64,000 bases of DNA from Myxococcales bacterium (GTDB taxonomy: Bacteria > Myxococcota > Myxococcia > Myxococcales > UBA5297). Where the stretch lies: NCBI GenBank assembly GCA_050288705.1, contig JBNKEI010000111.1, positions 5,872-69,871 on the forward strand. The letters run 5' to 3'. The translations under genes were made by a program, and so were the position numbers. The notes under the pieces were generated by a model, which saw nothing but the letters and a program-made list of their open reading frames with translations, was not told where the DNA came from and searched no databases. Below are positions 43,603 through 52,662 of this stretch, piece by piece (positions within the stretch are counted from its first letter, which is position 1; the number at the start of each line of letters is the position of its first letter).

Positions 43603-44820
43603 ATGTCTAGTAGCAATCCCATTGTTCTTGCCTTCAGTGGCGGTTTGGACACCAGTTTTCTCGTTCCCTGGCTGCGAGAGCAATATCAATGCCCGGTAGT
43701 CACCGTTACAGTAGACACCGGAGGGCTTGATGCCGATGGTTGTAAGCGTGTTGCCGATCGGTCGGCAGCGTTAGGGGCCATCGAGCATTGTCACATAGAT
43801 GCTCGACAAGCTTTTTTTGAGGAAACCCTGAAGTTTCTTGTTATGGGAAATGTATTGCGCGGTCATGTATATCCACTTTGCGTAGGATCAGAGCGAACTT
43901 TGCAAGCCCGCAAAGTAGCAGAGGTGGCGAGAAATCGAAATGCCCGAGCTGTAGTGCACGGCTCTACTGCCGCAGGTAATGACCAGGTGCGTTTCGAGGT
44001 AGCTCTGCGAACAATAGCACCGGAGCTAGAGATAATGGCTCCTGTTCGCGATCAAGGCTTTAGCCGAGAAACCGAGATTACCTTTCTGCGGGAGCGTGGT
44101 TATCAGTTTCCTTTTGAGAAAGCCGCCTACTCTATTAACCAGGGATTATGGGGGGTAACTATCGGTGGAAAAGAAACCACTGATACAATCGATCCCTTGC
44201 CGGAAGACGCCTGGTTGATGACCAAAGGCGCTTGGGAACGATTTCTTCCTTCGCGAGTAGTGATGTTGGCTTTTGAAAAGGGTATTCCAGTTGCTATTAA
44301 TGGTGAAAGAAAAGACCCTGTATCTCTAGTTGAGCAGCTAAATGAAATGGCGGCGGCTTACGGAATTGGGCGAGGAATACATTTAGGAGATACAATTTTC
44401 GGGCTGAAAGGAAGGGTTGCTTTTGAAGCGCCGGCGGCATTAGTGCTAATCGCTTCCCACAGAGAGTTGGAGAAGCTCACTTTAACCGCTCGACAACAGC
44501 GCATCAAAGATCAGGTGGCGGCTACATATGGTGATTTGGTTCACGAAGCCCAATTTTTAGAGCCGGCATGCCGCGATATTGAGGCTCTTTTTCTTTCCTC
44601 CCAGTCCCGAGTTTGCGGCGAAGTTAGGGTCCGTTTTCAAACCGGAGCCTACTTCATAGAAGGAATAAACTCTCCTTATTCTTTGCGCGCGGCTTCAGTT
44701 GGAGTTTATGGAGAAGCTGCAGGAGAATGGACTGCGGCTGATGCTCGCGGGTACTCGCGAATGGCTGCTCTTCCTTCTATGCTGCATGCACGGGCAGGAA
44801 CCGCTAAGGAAAAGAAGTGA
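43603..44820 (+). CDS. argG: Argininosuccinate synthase
   Basis: AFSGGLDTS ATP-binding motif. Size is 405 aa. Confidence 0.9.
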   Translation: MSSSNPIVLAFSGGLDTSFLVPWLREQYQCPVVTVTVDTGGLDADGCKRVADRSAALGAIEHCHIDARQAFFEETLKFLVMGNVLRGHVYPLCVGSERTLQARKVAEVARNRNARAVVHGSTAAGNDQVRFEVALRTIAPELEIMAPVRDQGFSRETEITFLRERGYQFPFEKAAYSINQGLWGVTIGGKETTDTIDPLPEDAWLMTKGAWERFLPSRVVMLAFEKGIPVAINGERKDPVSLVEQLNEMAAAYGIGRGIHLGDTIFGLKGRVAFEAPAALVLIASHRELEKLTLTARQQRIKDQVAATYGDLVHEAQFLEPACRDIEALFLSSQSRVCGEVRVRFQTGAYFIEGINSPYSLRAASVGVYGEAAGEWTAADARGYSRMAALPSMLHARAGTAKEKK

Positions 44821-45881
44821 AATCAGTTCTTCTGGATAAGATAGCTTCCGTGGCGCTGAATTGCCGTTTGTCCCGTGAAGTTCGAGTAAACGAAGAATTC
44901 TCTGCGGTAGAGGGTAGCGTACTTGCAGTGCGGGTGCTAACTTCCAAAAGCACTTACAACCAGCTGGAACTTCCGTCCGGGCGGCTCTCTAGATTAAAAG
45001 CTGGCGACGTAATAGCCGTTGCGTTGGGACATCGCAAAGCTCTGTTGGGTTATTCGGGTTATGTTCCCGATACCGTTCAATTGGGGGACAAGCTCCATTT
45101 GCTGAACTTGGGGGGAGTGCTAGGCGTATGTGATGGAATAAATCCGGATTTAGGGGACCCCTTTGTTTGCGAAGTTTTGGGTCAGATTCTTCATTTCCCC
45201 TATCTTGCCAAGCGCATAGGAATTCCTGCGCATATTTCCCAGGGATCGCTTCCGTTCTCCAATGCTCTAGAGCTGTTTGGCGTACCGGTTATTGCTTTAG
45301 TAGGAACTTCCATGAGCTCAGGCAAAACCTCTGCGGCATGTGCCCTGATTCAGGATCTAACACATCGGGGATTGAACGTGGTGGCCTGCAAAACCACCGG
45401 GGTTTCCTTGCGCAGTGATATTTTGGCCATGGAAGACGCTGGCGCCAAGCGATGTCAATTATTTACTGATTTTGGGGTAGTTACCACCACTTCCCAGGTT
45501 GCTTCGTCTTGTGCTCGAAGCATGCTTACTCAGTTAGCGGCAGATCGTCCGGATGTAATTGTGGTGGAGCTTGGCGATGGTTTACTCGGTCTTTATGGCG
45601 TAGACGCGATTTTGAATGACCAGGCATTGCGCTCGACTTTTTCAACGGTTGTGCTAGCGGCAAACGATCCGGTAGGAGCTTGGGGAGGGGTTCAACTTCT
45701 TCGAGAGCGCCATGGATTGTCGCCCCAGGTAATTACTGGTCCTGCCACCGACAACATTGCGGGTTGCTTGTTGATTGAAAAGCAAACCGGAATGCCTTGC
45801 CGTAACGCGCGTACAGATGCGGCGGGTCTCGCTGAAACTGTTTTAGCTAAGCTTCGCTTTGCTGCGCGTTCCTCTTCATAA
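44817..45881 (+). CDS. Uncharacterised P-loop (dethiobiotin-synthase/SIMIBI-like, possibly DUF1611-related) protein embedded in the arg operon
   Basis: The GTG overlaps the argG TGA (GTGA). Walker-A-like VGTSMSSGKTSAACALIQDLTHRGLNVVACKTTG, and a later VVELGDG (Walker-B-like). The N-terminal ~130 aa look beta-rich and unassigned. Confidence 0.45.
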   Translation: MKSVLLDKIASVALNCRLSREVRVNEEFSAVEGSVLAVRVLTSKSTYNQLELPSGRLSRLKAGDVIAVALGHRKALLGYSGYVPDTVQLGDKLHLLNLGGVLGVCDGINPDLGDPFVCEVLGQILHFPYLAKRIGIPAHISQGSLPFSNALELFGVPVIALVGTSMSSGKTSAACALIQDLTHRGLNVVACKTTGVSLRSDILAMEDAGAKRCQLFTDFGVVTTTSQVASSCARSMLTQLAADRPDVIVVELGDGLLGLYGVDAILNDQALRSTFSTVVLAANDPVGAWGGVQLLRERHGLSPQVITGPATDNIAGCLLIEKQTGMPCRNARTDAAGLAETVLAKLRFAARSSS

Positions 45882-45977
45882 AAGCCAAGCATCACTGGCT
45901 AGACACGTATTTATAACACGTATCTATAAGATGACCACCAGCAATTCGCTAGGATTTACCAGATAAAGGCGGAAAAA

Positions 45978-47084
45978 ATGAGCGCAGAAACAGAAGTGAA
46001 AGAAAACCGAATTGCAGTCGCGGTGTTGGGAGGAACAGGTTATGTTTCTGGCGAGCTACTGCGAATTCTGTCACTTCATCCTGGCTTTTTTGTGGAATCA
46101 GTAGCTTCTACTAGTCAATCAGGCGAGCGTATCGTTTGCGCTTTTCCTCATCTAGCAGGAACTGCGCTGGAGAATTTGTGTTTCGAATCGCTGGATAGGT
46201 TGCTGGAGCGCATGCAAAAAGGCAAGTCACTAGGGGTTTTTGCGGCTACTCCTCATGCGGCTACTGCTGAGTTGGTGGACAAGCTGCTTAATCGAGCACA
46301 ACAGGTGGGAGCAAATCTTCATATTGTCGATTTGTCAGCGGATTTTCGTTTTTCTTCCCCGGGGCAGTATAAGGCTATTTATGGCCGAGAGCATCCTGCT
46401 CCCCAATGGCTTGGCCAGTTTACTTGTTTTCCTCCTGATCTTTTGCTGACCATATTTTCACCGCATGCTACCCAGCCCGGCTGCTTTACAACTGCGGTTA
46501 CTCTGGGGGCCTATCCCTTCTTTTCTTTGGGGTTAGTAGAGCCCCAAGTGTTTGCCTCGGCAATTACCGGTAGCTCTGGTTCTGGGCGAAAACTAGGACC
46601 GGGAACGCATCACCCAGAAAGACGCAGTACGTTAGCTGCCTACTCAGCCTTGGGTCACCGCCACGAACCAGAAATGCGCATGTTTTTGGCGCAAGCATCA
46701 CAGGCATCAAAAGAGGACAAGCTAGACGAACCGCAAGTCGATTTTGTTCCTCATTCTGGCCCTTTTGTTCGCGGTATTCATGCTACCTTGCGCATGACTC
46801 TTCGAAAAAACATGGATGTTGCAGAACTGCGTTCCTTGGTAAGTAGTTTTTATTCGCGTACTCCTTTTGTTCGGGTATCCGAAGAAATGCCCCGACTTAC
46901 CGAAGTAGTGGGGACCAATCGCTGTGGCTTAGGAATTGCGGTTAGGAACAAATCACTGGTGGTAACTAGCGTAATCGATAATTTGGTAAAGGGCGCTGCC
47001 GGAGGCGGCGTCCAGTGGATGAATCGGCTTTTTCTTCTACCCGAGGAAACAGGATTGCTGCTTCCAGGACTGGGGTGGTTCTAA
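45978..47084 (+). CDS. argC: N-acetyl-gamma-glutamyl-phosphate reductase
   Basis: VAVLGGTGYVSGELLR, active-site region QPGCFTTA. Confidence 0.85.
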   Translation: MSAETEVKENRIAVAVLGGTGYVSGELLRILSLHPGFFVESVASTSQSGERIVCAFPHLAGTALENLCFESLDRLLERMQKGKSLGVFAATPHAATAELVDKLLNRAQQVGANLHIVDLSADFRFSSPGQYKAIYGREHPAPQWLGQFTCFPPDLLLTIFSPHATQPGCFTTAVTLGAYPFFSLGLVEPQVFASAITGSSGSGRKLGPGTHHPERRSTLAAYSALGHRHEPEMRMFLAQASQASKEDKLDEPQVDFVPHSGPFVRGIHATLRMTLRKNMDVAELRSLVSSFYSRTPFVRVSEEMPRLTEVVGTNRCGLGIAVRNKSLVVTSVIDNLVKGAAGGGVQWMNRLFLLPEETGLLLPGLGWF

Positions 47085-48256
47085 TGTCTGCGTCTCTTAA
47101 TTCGACAAACCCTATACAAGATTCCACAAAAAAGAGCGCGCTTCTCGACGTCTTTTCCCGATTTGGAATCGACTCGGTTCGTGGTGACGGCATGTGGATT
47201 CTAGACTCTAAAGGTCATCGTTATCTTGATTTTTATGGCGGACATGCGGTCGCTTTACTGGGTAATGTTCATCCGCGATTGGTTTCGACTTTAGAAAACC
47301 AAGCCAAGACACTATTCTTTCAATCAAATCTCTTCGATTTAGAAATTCGAGAACAAGCTGCCCAAAGACTAATTCGCTTCGGCCCTCGGGGATTAGATAG
47401 AGTCTTCTTTGTCAATAGCGGTGCTGAGGCCAATGAAAATGCCTTGCGAATTGCATTTTTGGCTACTAAGCGAGAACGAGTGGTTGCGGTAGAGGGGGGG
47501 TTTCACGGTCGCACTGCAGGATCGGCGGCTATTACTGCAAAACATGAAAATTGGTATGCATTCCCGCATAAACCGTACGCAGTCACTTTTGTACCTTTTA
47601 ACGATACCGATGGGTTAGTAGATGCTATGGGTGACGATGTAGCGGCAGTTATTGTGGAGCCGGTACAGGGAGTTGCCGGCGCGCGAGTACTTTCTGCTGA
47701 GTTTATGCATACTGCGCGGAATGTTACTCAAAAGCACGGTTCGCTACTAATTTTGGACGAAGTTCAGTCGGGAATGGGAAGAACTGGATACCCTTTTGCC
47801 GCTCAAGCCATGGGGGTAACTCCCGATGTGCTTACCGTGGCCAAAGGTATTGCGGGTGGATTTCCTGCCGGCGCAGTTTTGGTTTCCGAGGAATATGCTT
47901 GCAAAGTAAAAAAGGGCGAGCTGGGTACTACTTTTGGTGGTGGGCCATTAGCTTGCGCTCTTATCGAAACGGTTATTGATGTAATAGAATCGGAAAATTT
48001 GCTCCCTAGAGTAAGACGGTTGTCCGCCAGATTGCAAAAAGAATGCTGTGTAGGACCGGTCCAATCCGTACAGGGAATGGGTTATTTGCTAGGTTTTAAT
48101 TTACTTAGGCCGGCAGCAGAAGTTCTTAGTGAACTGCGCCAAGCAGGGGTTTTGGCAGGAGGAAGCGGCAACCCCCGTATAGCTCGATTGATTCCTCCTT
48201 TGATTGTCGAAGATTCTCATGTAGATATTTTGGTCTCCGCTCTGCGTTCCTTGTGA
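47084..48256 (+). CDS. argD: Acetylornithine (acyl-ornithine) aminotransferase
   Basis: Class-III aminotransferase motifs (FVNSGAEANE, DEVQSGMGRTG, TVAKGIAGGFP). The ATG overlaps the argC TAA (TAATG). Confidence 0.85.
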   Translation: MSASLNSTNPIQDSTKKSALLDVFSRFGIDSVRGDGMWILDSKGHRYLDFYGGHAVALLGNVHPRLVSTLENQAKTLFFQSNLFDLEIREQAAQRLIRFGPRGLDRVFFVNSGAEANENALRIAFLATKRERVVAVEGGFHGRTAGSAAITAKHENWYAFPHKPYAVTFVPFNDTDGLVDAMGDDVAAVIVEPVQGVAGARVLSAEFMHTARNVTQKHGSLLILDEVQSGMGRTGYPFAAQAMGVTPDVLTVAKGIAGGFPAGAVLVSEEYACKVKKGELGTTFGGGPLACALIETVIDVIESENLLPRVRRLSARLQKECCVGPVQSVQGMGYLLGFNLLRPAAEVLSELRQAGVLAGGSGNPRIARLIPPLIVEDSHVDILVSALRSL

Positions 48257-48291
48257 ACTGGTATTCGATTGCACAGAAAAGAGTTGATGAA

Positions 48292-49302
48292 ATGAAAAGG
48301 TTCATAAGACTTTCCGATATTACCGATGAGCAGTTGGAGTCGATTCTTCGATTAGCTGGCGATGTGCAGCGACAGCCAGTTCGCGAAGACCTTCGAGGTA
48401 AAACCATTGGTTTGGTTTTTATGAATCCCTCTTTACGTACGTTGGCCTCAATGGAAACCGGGGTAACGCAATTAGGGGGACATACCTTTCTTATCCAGCC
48501 TAACGCTGGGTCTTGGAAATTGGAAACCCGTACCGGCGCAGTAATGGATGGTGATTCGGTGGAGCATGTGCGGGAAGCTATTCCAGTACTAGCCCAATAT
48601 GCCGATGCTTTGGCAGTGCGTTGCTTTGCAGAAGGCAAAAACCTCGAAGAAGACTTGGCTGATCAAACCATTCAGATAATGAGCAGCCTGTGTCCCAAGC
48701 CTTTTATCAGCTTGGAATCGGCGGTGGCGCATCCTTGTCAAGCGCTAGCCGATTATAAGACGCTCGAAGATTTGGAAATTCCCCGGCGTGGTGGAAAATT
48801 CGTTCTTTCCTGGGCTTGGCATCCCAAACCTTTGGCTTACGCTGTACCTGCTTCGGCACTAAACATGGCAGTACGGCGAGGGATGGAGGTCACCATTCTT
48901 CGACCGGAAGGATACAGTCTGCCTCAGCCGATAATGGCCGATGCCTTGAGCTTGGCAGCAAGAACAGGAGCAACTATTCGAGAGACTTCCCGACGCAAAG
49001 AAGCTTTGGAAGACGCTCAAGTACTGTATGTCAAATCTTGGGCTCGTCCGGATTTGTATGGTCAAACCGAGCGGGAACTTTCTGCGCGAGCAGGTCTTAG
49101 AGAACAGTGGTGTGTTGGCGAAAGCTGGTTTGAGAATGCACGTCCAGACGCCATCCTCATGCACTGTTTGCCGGTGCGTCGAAATGTAAAAATAGCTGAC
49201 GAAGTACTTGATGGGCCGCGCAGTGTAGTCGTTCGTCAAGCCGGAAATCGGTTGCATGTTCAAAAAGCTTTGCTGCTTACTATGTTATGTGAAGATCTCT
49301 AG
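48292..49302 (+). CDS. argF: N-acyl-ornithine carbamoyltransferase (argF'-type: acetyl- or succinyl-ornithine transcarbamylase)
   Basis: NPSLRT instead of the OTCase S-T-R-T-R motif, HPCQALAD, and HCLPVRRNVKI (the AOTCase/SOTCase-type tail after HCLP). Alternative start is the GTG at 48253, which overlaps the argD stop. Confidence 0.7.
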   Translation: MKRFIRLSDITDEQLESILRLAGDVQRQPVREDLRGKTIGLVFMNPSLRTLASMETGVTQLGGHTFLIQPNAGSWKLETRTGAVMDGDSVEHVREAIPVLAQYADALAVRCFAEGKNLEEDLADQTIQIMSSLCPKPFISLESAVAHPCQALADYKTLEDLEIPRRGGKFVLSWAWHPKPLAYAVPASALNMAVRRGMEVTILRPEGYSLPQPIMADALSLAARTGATIRETSRRKEALEDAQVLYVKSWARPDLYGQTERELSARAGLREQWCVGESWFENARPDAILMHCLPVRRNVKIADEVLDGPRSVVVRQAGNRLHVQKALLLTMLCEDL

Positions 49303-49358
49303 CCTCGTTAGATAAATCCCAAGATAAAGCCCTGTTCTGGCTCAGAGGATAGTAATTA

Positions 49359-50294
49359 ATGTCTTTTCTCGATCGCACTGCCGCTATGGATGCCCTTATC
49401 AATGCTGTACCTCACTTGCGTCTGTATCGTGAGCGAACTTTTGTGCTGAAAGTGGGAGGAGCGATTTGTGCGGATAGTAAATCTTTGCGAGACGTGGCAG
49501 TACAAATCGGAGTTCTGCGGGAATTTGGAATACGCATTGTATTAGTGCATGGAGGTGGACCGCAGACTACGAGGCTGGCTGATAAATTAGGTATTCCTAC
49601 AAATTTTGTTGAAGGCAGGCGGATTACCTGCGAACGCACTCTTGATGTCGCAGTGATGACCATGGGGGGGGCGGTAAATACCTCAATTTTATCGGCATTT
49701 CTTGCGGAAAACGTTCCGGCAGTGGGGTTAACCGGGTTAGACGCAGGGCTAATCCGGGCAGTGCGCAGGCCGGTACAGACCAAAGAAGTAAATGGTGAAT
49801 CGGTAACCATTGATTACGGTTTGGTAGGTGATGTCGTCGGAGTGAATTCCAAAATATTGGAAACGTTGCTGGCGGCGCAGTTTATACCAGTAATTTCCTC
49901 TCTTTCCGCCGATGAAACCGGGCAAGTATTAAACATCAATGCGGACACCATTGCCGCAACTTTGGCTAAACATCTTCGTGCCGCAAAATTGATTTTTTTG
50001 ACCGATACTCCGGGGTTGCTGGAAAATAAAAATGACCCCAGCTCGTTAATTTCCTACACCGACGTGCAAGGTATTTCAGAGTTTCGCAGTCGTGGAGTAA
50101 TCGATTCGGGGATGCTTCCCAAGGTTAATTCCTCGGTGGATGCTCTAGAAAATGGTGTCGAACGGGTGCATATGGTGGGGTATCGTCCGCGGGGCAATCT
50201 ACTTACGGAAATTTTTACTAACGAAGGGGCTGGAACTCTCATCGTTAAAAATGCACGGGAATCGGCGGTGGCAGAAGTAGAAAAAGTTAAATAG
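49359..50294 (+). CDS. argB: Acetylglutamate kinase
   Basis: VLKVGGA...VHGGGPQ...INADT motifs. Confidence 0.9.
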   Translation: MSFLDRTAAMDALINAVPHLRLYRERTFVLKVGGAICADSKSLRDVAVQIGVLREFGIRIVLVHGGGPQTTRLADKLGIPTNFVEGRRITCERTLDVAVMTMGGAVNTSILSAFLAENVPAVGLTGLDAGLIRAVRRPVQTKEVNGESVTIDYGLVGDVVGVNSKILETLLAAQFIPVISSLSADETGQVLNINADTIAATLAKHLRAAKLIFLTDTPGLLENKNDPSSLISYTDVQGISEFRSRGVIDSGMLPKVNSSVDALENGVERVHMVGYRPRGNLLTEIFTNEGAGTLIVKNARESAVAEVEKVK

Positions 50295-50295
50295 C

Positions 50296-50379
50296 AGTTG
50301 CCCCTCACCCTAACCCTCTCCCAGAGGGAGAGGGGAACTCAGACCATTTCTTGGGAGAGAGTTAGGGTGAGGGGCAACT
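50296..50379. repeat. Complete palindromic copy of the GC-rich repeat family (84 bp)
   Basis: The outer arm agttgcccctcaccctaac pairs perfectly with gttagggtgaggggcaact (19 bp). Inner units are ccctctccc-aga-gggagagggg and ttgggagagag. It starts 2 nt after the argB stop. Confidence 0.85.
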
Positions 50380-50414
50380 AGATTGTCCTGTTTGCTTGGG
50401 GAAATAGGTGGATT

Positions 50415-51602
50415 ATGGCGCGACTATGGGATCAAGGAGAACCTCTGGACGAACTAATACTTCGTTACACTGCCGGCGAAGATCATGTTTTGGATGATAG
50501 GTTGGTGGAATATGACCTTCGAGCCTCATCAGCCCACGCTCAGATGCTTCAAAGTGCTGGCTATTTGCATGCAGAGGACGAGGCGCTACTGCAAAAAGCG
50601 ATCAAGGAACTAGCGCGAAGTTACAAGCAGGAGGAGTGGAAAATTACTCTTCAGGACGAAGACTGTCACACGGCAATAGAAAACCGACTGGTGGCCATGG
50701 TGGGGGAGCCAGGGAGAGCAATTCATTTAGGGCGATCCCGCAACGATCAGGTGCTAGCCGCAATGCGGTTGTATCTGATGGATGCACTGGAAGAGTTGGC
50801 AAAATGTGCGGAAGCGGTAGCAAGTTCTTTGGATAAATTGGCTGACCGTGAAGGCGATTTTCCTATGCCAGGGTATACACACTTGCAAAGAGCCATGCCT
50901 ACTACACTAAAAGACTGGGCAAAGGCTTATGCTAGTGAGTTTTTTGATGATGCTCAAGGATTGCGTTCGGCGAAACGGCGGGCGAACAAAAACCCTTTGG
51001 GTTCAGCGGCCGGTTATGGTGTTCCTCTTTTAAAAATTGATCGTGGTCTTACTGCTCAGCTTCTGGGGTTTTCTCAAGTGCATGAGCCAGTTACCGCAGT
51101 ACAACTATCTCGCGGTAAAGCGGAAGCGGGTGCTTTGTTGGAAGCCGCTTTGTTATCTCAAGACTTGGGGCGTTTGGCCGCAGATCTTTGCCTGTATGCT
51201 ACTGCTGAATTTGCTTTTGTACGCCTGCCTAATGAATTTACTACCGGTTCTTCCATTATGCCGCAAAAGAGAAACCCCGATGTTTTTGAGCTGGCTCGCG
51301 GACGAACTGGAGAAGCACTGGCTGCTCTAAACGAAGTGATGGCCATTACATCCAAGATGCCCTCCGGATACCATCGCGATTTGCAGCTCATTAAAAAGCC
51401 CCTTTTTCGAGGGCTAGATTCGGTGCGTGATACTGCTGCGGTACTTAACCACTCCATTTCTCGCCTATCTTTCGATAAAGAACGAATGCTGGCGGCGATT
51501 GATCCTTCAATGATGGCTACGGAGCGAGCTTATCGTATGGTCCAGGAAGATGGTATTTCTTTTCGTGAAGCCTATCGTCGAGTAAAAGAAAGTATTAAGT
51601 AA
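50415..51602 (+). CDS. argH: Argininosuccinate lyase (short form, 395 aa)
   Basis: Fumarate-lyase signature GSSIMPQKRNPDVFE. The protein ends shortly after ISFREAYRRV, so it appears to lack the C-terminal ~60-70 aa present in E. coli-type ArgH. Confidence 0.8.
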   Translation: MARLWDQGEPLDELILRYTAGEDHVLDDRLVEYDLRASSAHAQMLQSAGYLHAEDEALLQKAIKELARSYKQEEWKITLQDEDCHTAIENRLVAMVGEPGRAIHLGRSRNDQVLAAMRLYLMDALEELAKCAEAVASSLDKLADREGDFPMPGYTHLQRAMPTTLKDWAKAYASEFFDDAQGLRSAKRRANKNPLGSAAGYGVPLLKIDRGLTAQLLGFSQVHEPVTAVQLSRGKAEAGALLEAALLSQDLGRLAADLCLYATAEFAFVRLPNEFTTGSSIMPQKRNPDVFELARGRTGEALAALNEVMAITSKMPSGYHRDLQLIKKPLFRGLDSVRDTAAVLNHSISRLSFDKERMLAAIDPSMMATERAYRMVQEDGISFREAYRRVKESIK

Positions 51603-51627
51603 TGAACCGCTGAAAACGGAGCTGGTA

Positions 51628-52506
51628 GTGATTAATAAACAGGAGGCTCTAGCGTATGAGTTTCCCGAGGAAGAGACCCAGTACGATGAACGAGACGTAG
51701 CTATTTATGCGTTAGGTATTGGTGCGGCGCAAGATCCATTAGACGAGCATGAGTTGAGCTACGTATGGGAAAAACATCCGCATTTTACTCCCTTTCCTTT
51801 GTATTCCACAGTGCCTGCTTTAGGCATTTTGATGCGCAGGACTGCTTCACGAAACCCCATTCCTGGGCTTCCATTTGACCTTGATCGCATTCTTCATGTT
51901 GCCCACAGTGCTCGCCTGTACCGCCCTTTGCCGAAAAGAGCCATTCTGAAACATCGAGTGCGTATCGAGTCCATAGATGATGAACGAAGAAACGCAACGG
52001 TGGTTTTTTGTGTGGAAAGTCGCGACCAAGAAGATGCTCGGTTGTTTTCCAATGAGATTTCCATTGTTATTCGGGGGGCGGGGAAGGGTAGAACGCGTGC
52101 AGTAAGCATAGCCTCGGTGCAACATCGAGAATCTCCCGATGCAGTGGTAGTAGAAAAAATTCCCAAGAACCAAGCATTGCTGTACCGCCTTTCTGGAGAC
52201 AGCAATCCTTTGCATGTCGATCCGGAAGCAGCGCGGATTTTTGGTCTTTCCAGACCTGTTTTGCATGGTATATGTACGCTAGGGTACGCTTCAAGAATGG
52301 TGCTTAAACAAGCTGCCCAGGACAGACAGTTGCGCAGTGTTCGTGTGCAATTTTCACACGTTTTTTTTCCTGGTGAAACCTTAGAGACGCGCATCTGGAA
52401 AGAATCAGATCAGCGTCTCCACTTTTGCTCTCTAGTCTTAGAACGTCAAAAAAAAGTGCTTTCCTGTGGAGAAATTGAGCTAGAAGAAATCAATGCCAAT
52501 CAATGA
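51628..52506 (+). CDS. MaoC-like double hot-dog (R)-hydratase
   Basis: YRLSGDSNPLHVDPEAAR...LHGICTLG hydratase motif in the C-half, with a degenerate hot-dog N-half. Confidence 0.7.
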   Translation: MINKQEALAYEFPEEETQYDERDVAIYALGIGAAQDPLDEHELSYVWEKHPHFTPFPLYSTVPALGILMRRTASRNPIPGLPFDLDRILHVAHSARLYRPLPKRAILKHRVRIESIDDERRNATVVFCVESRDQEDARLFSNEISIVIRGAGKGRTRAVSIASVQHRESPDAVVVEKIPKNQALLYRLSGDSNPLHVDPEAARIFGLSRPVLHGICTLGYASRMVLKQAAQDRQLRSVRVQFSHVFFPGETLETRIWKESDQRLHFCSLVLERQKKVLSCGEIELEEINANQ

Positions 52507-52662
52507 GTAGACAAGGCGCTGGGGGCGCGATAACATAAAAATTGGGGCTATTCCAAAGGAATTTTAATGACATTCCAGTCATTAAATAAAGGTAACGTAC
52601 CATGGCCGTGTGGGTTCGTCGCGTTAAAATTCTCATGACCTGCTCCATGCGTCTCCGATCTA

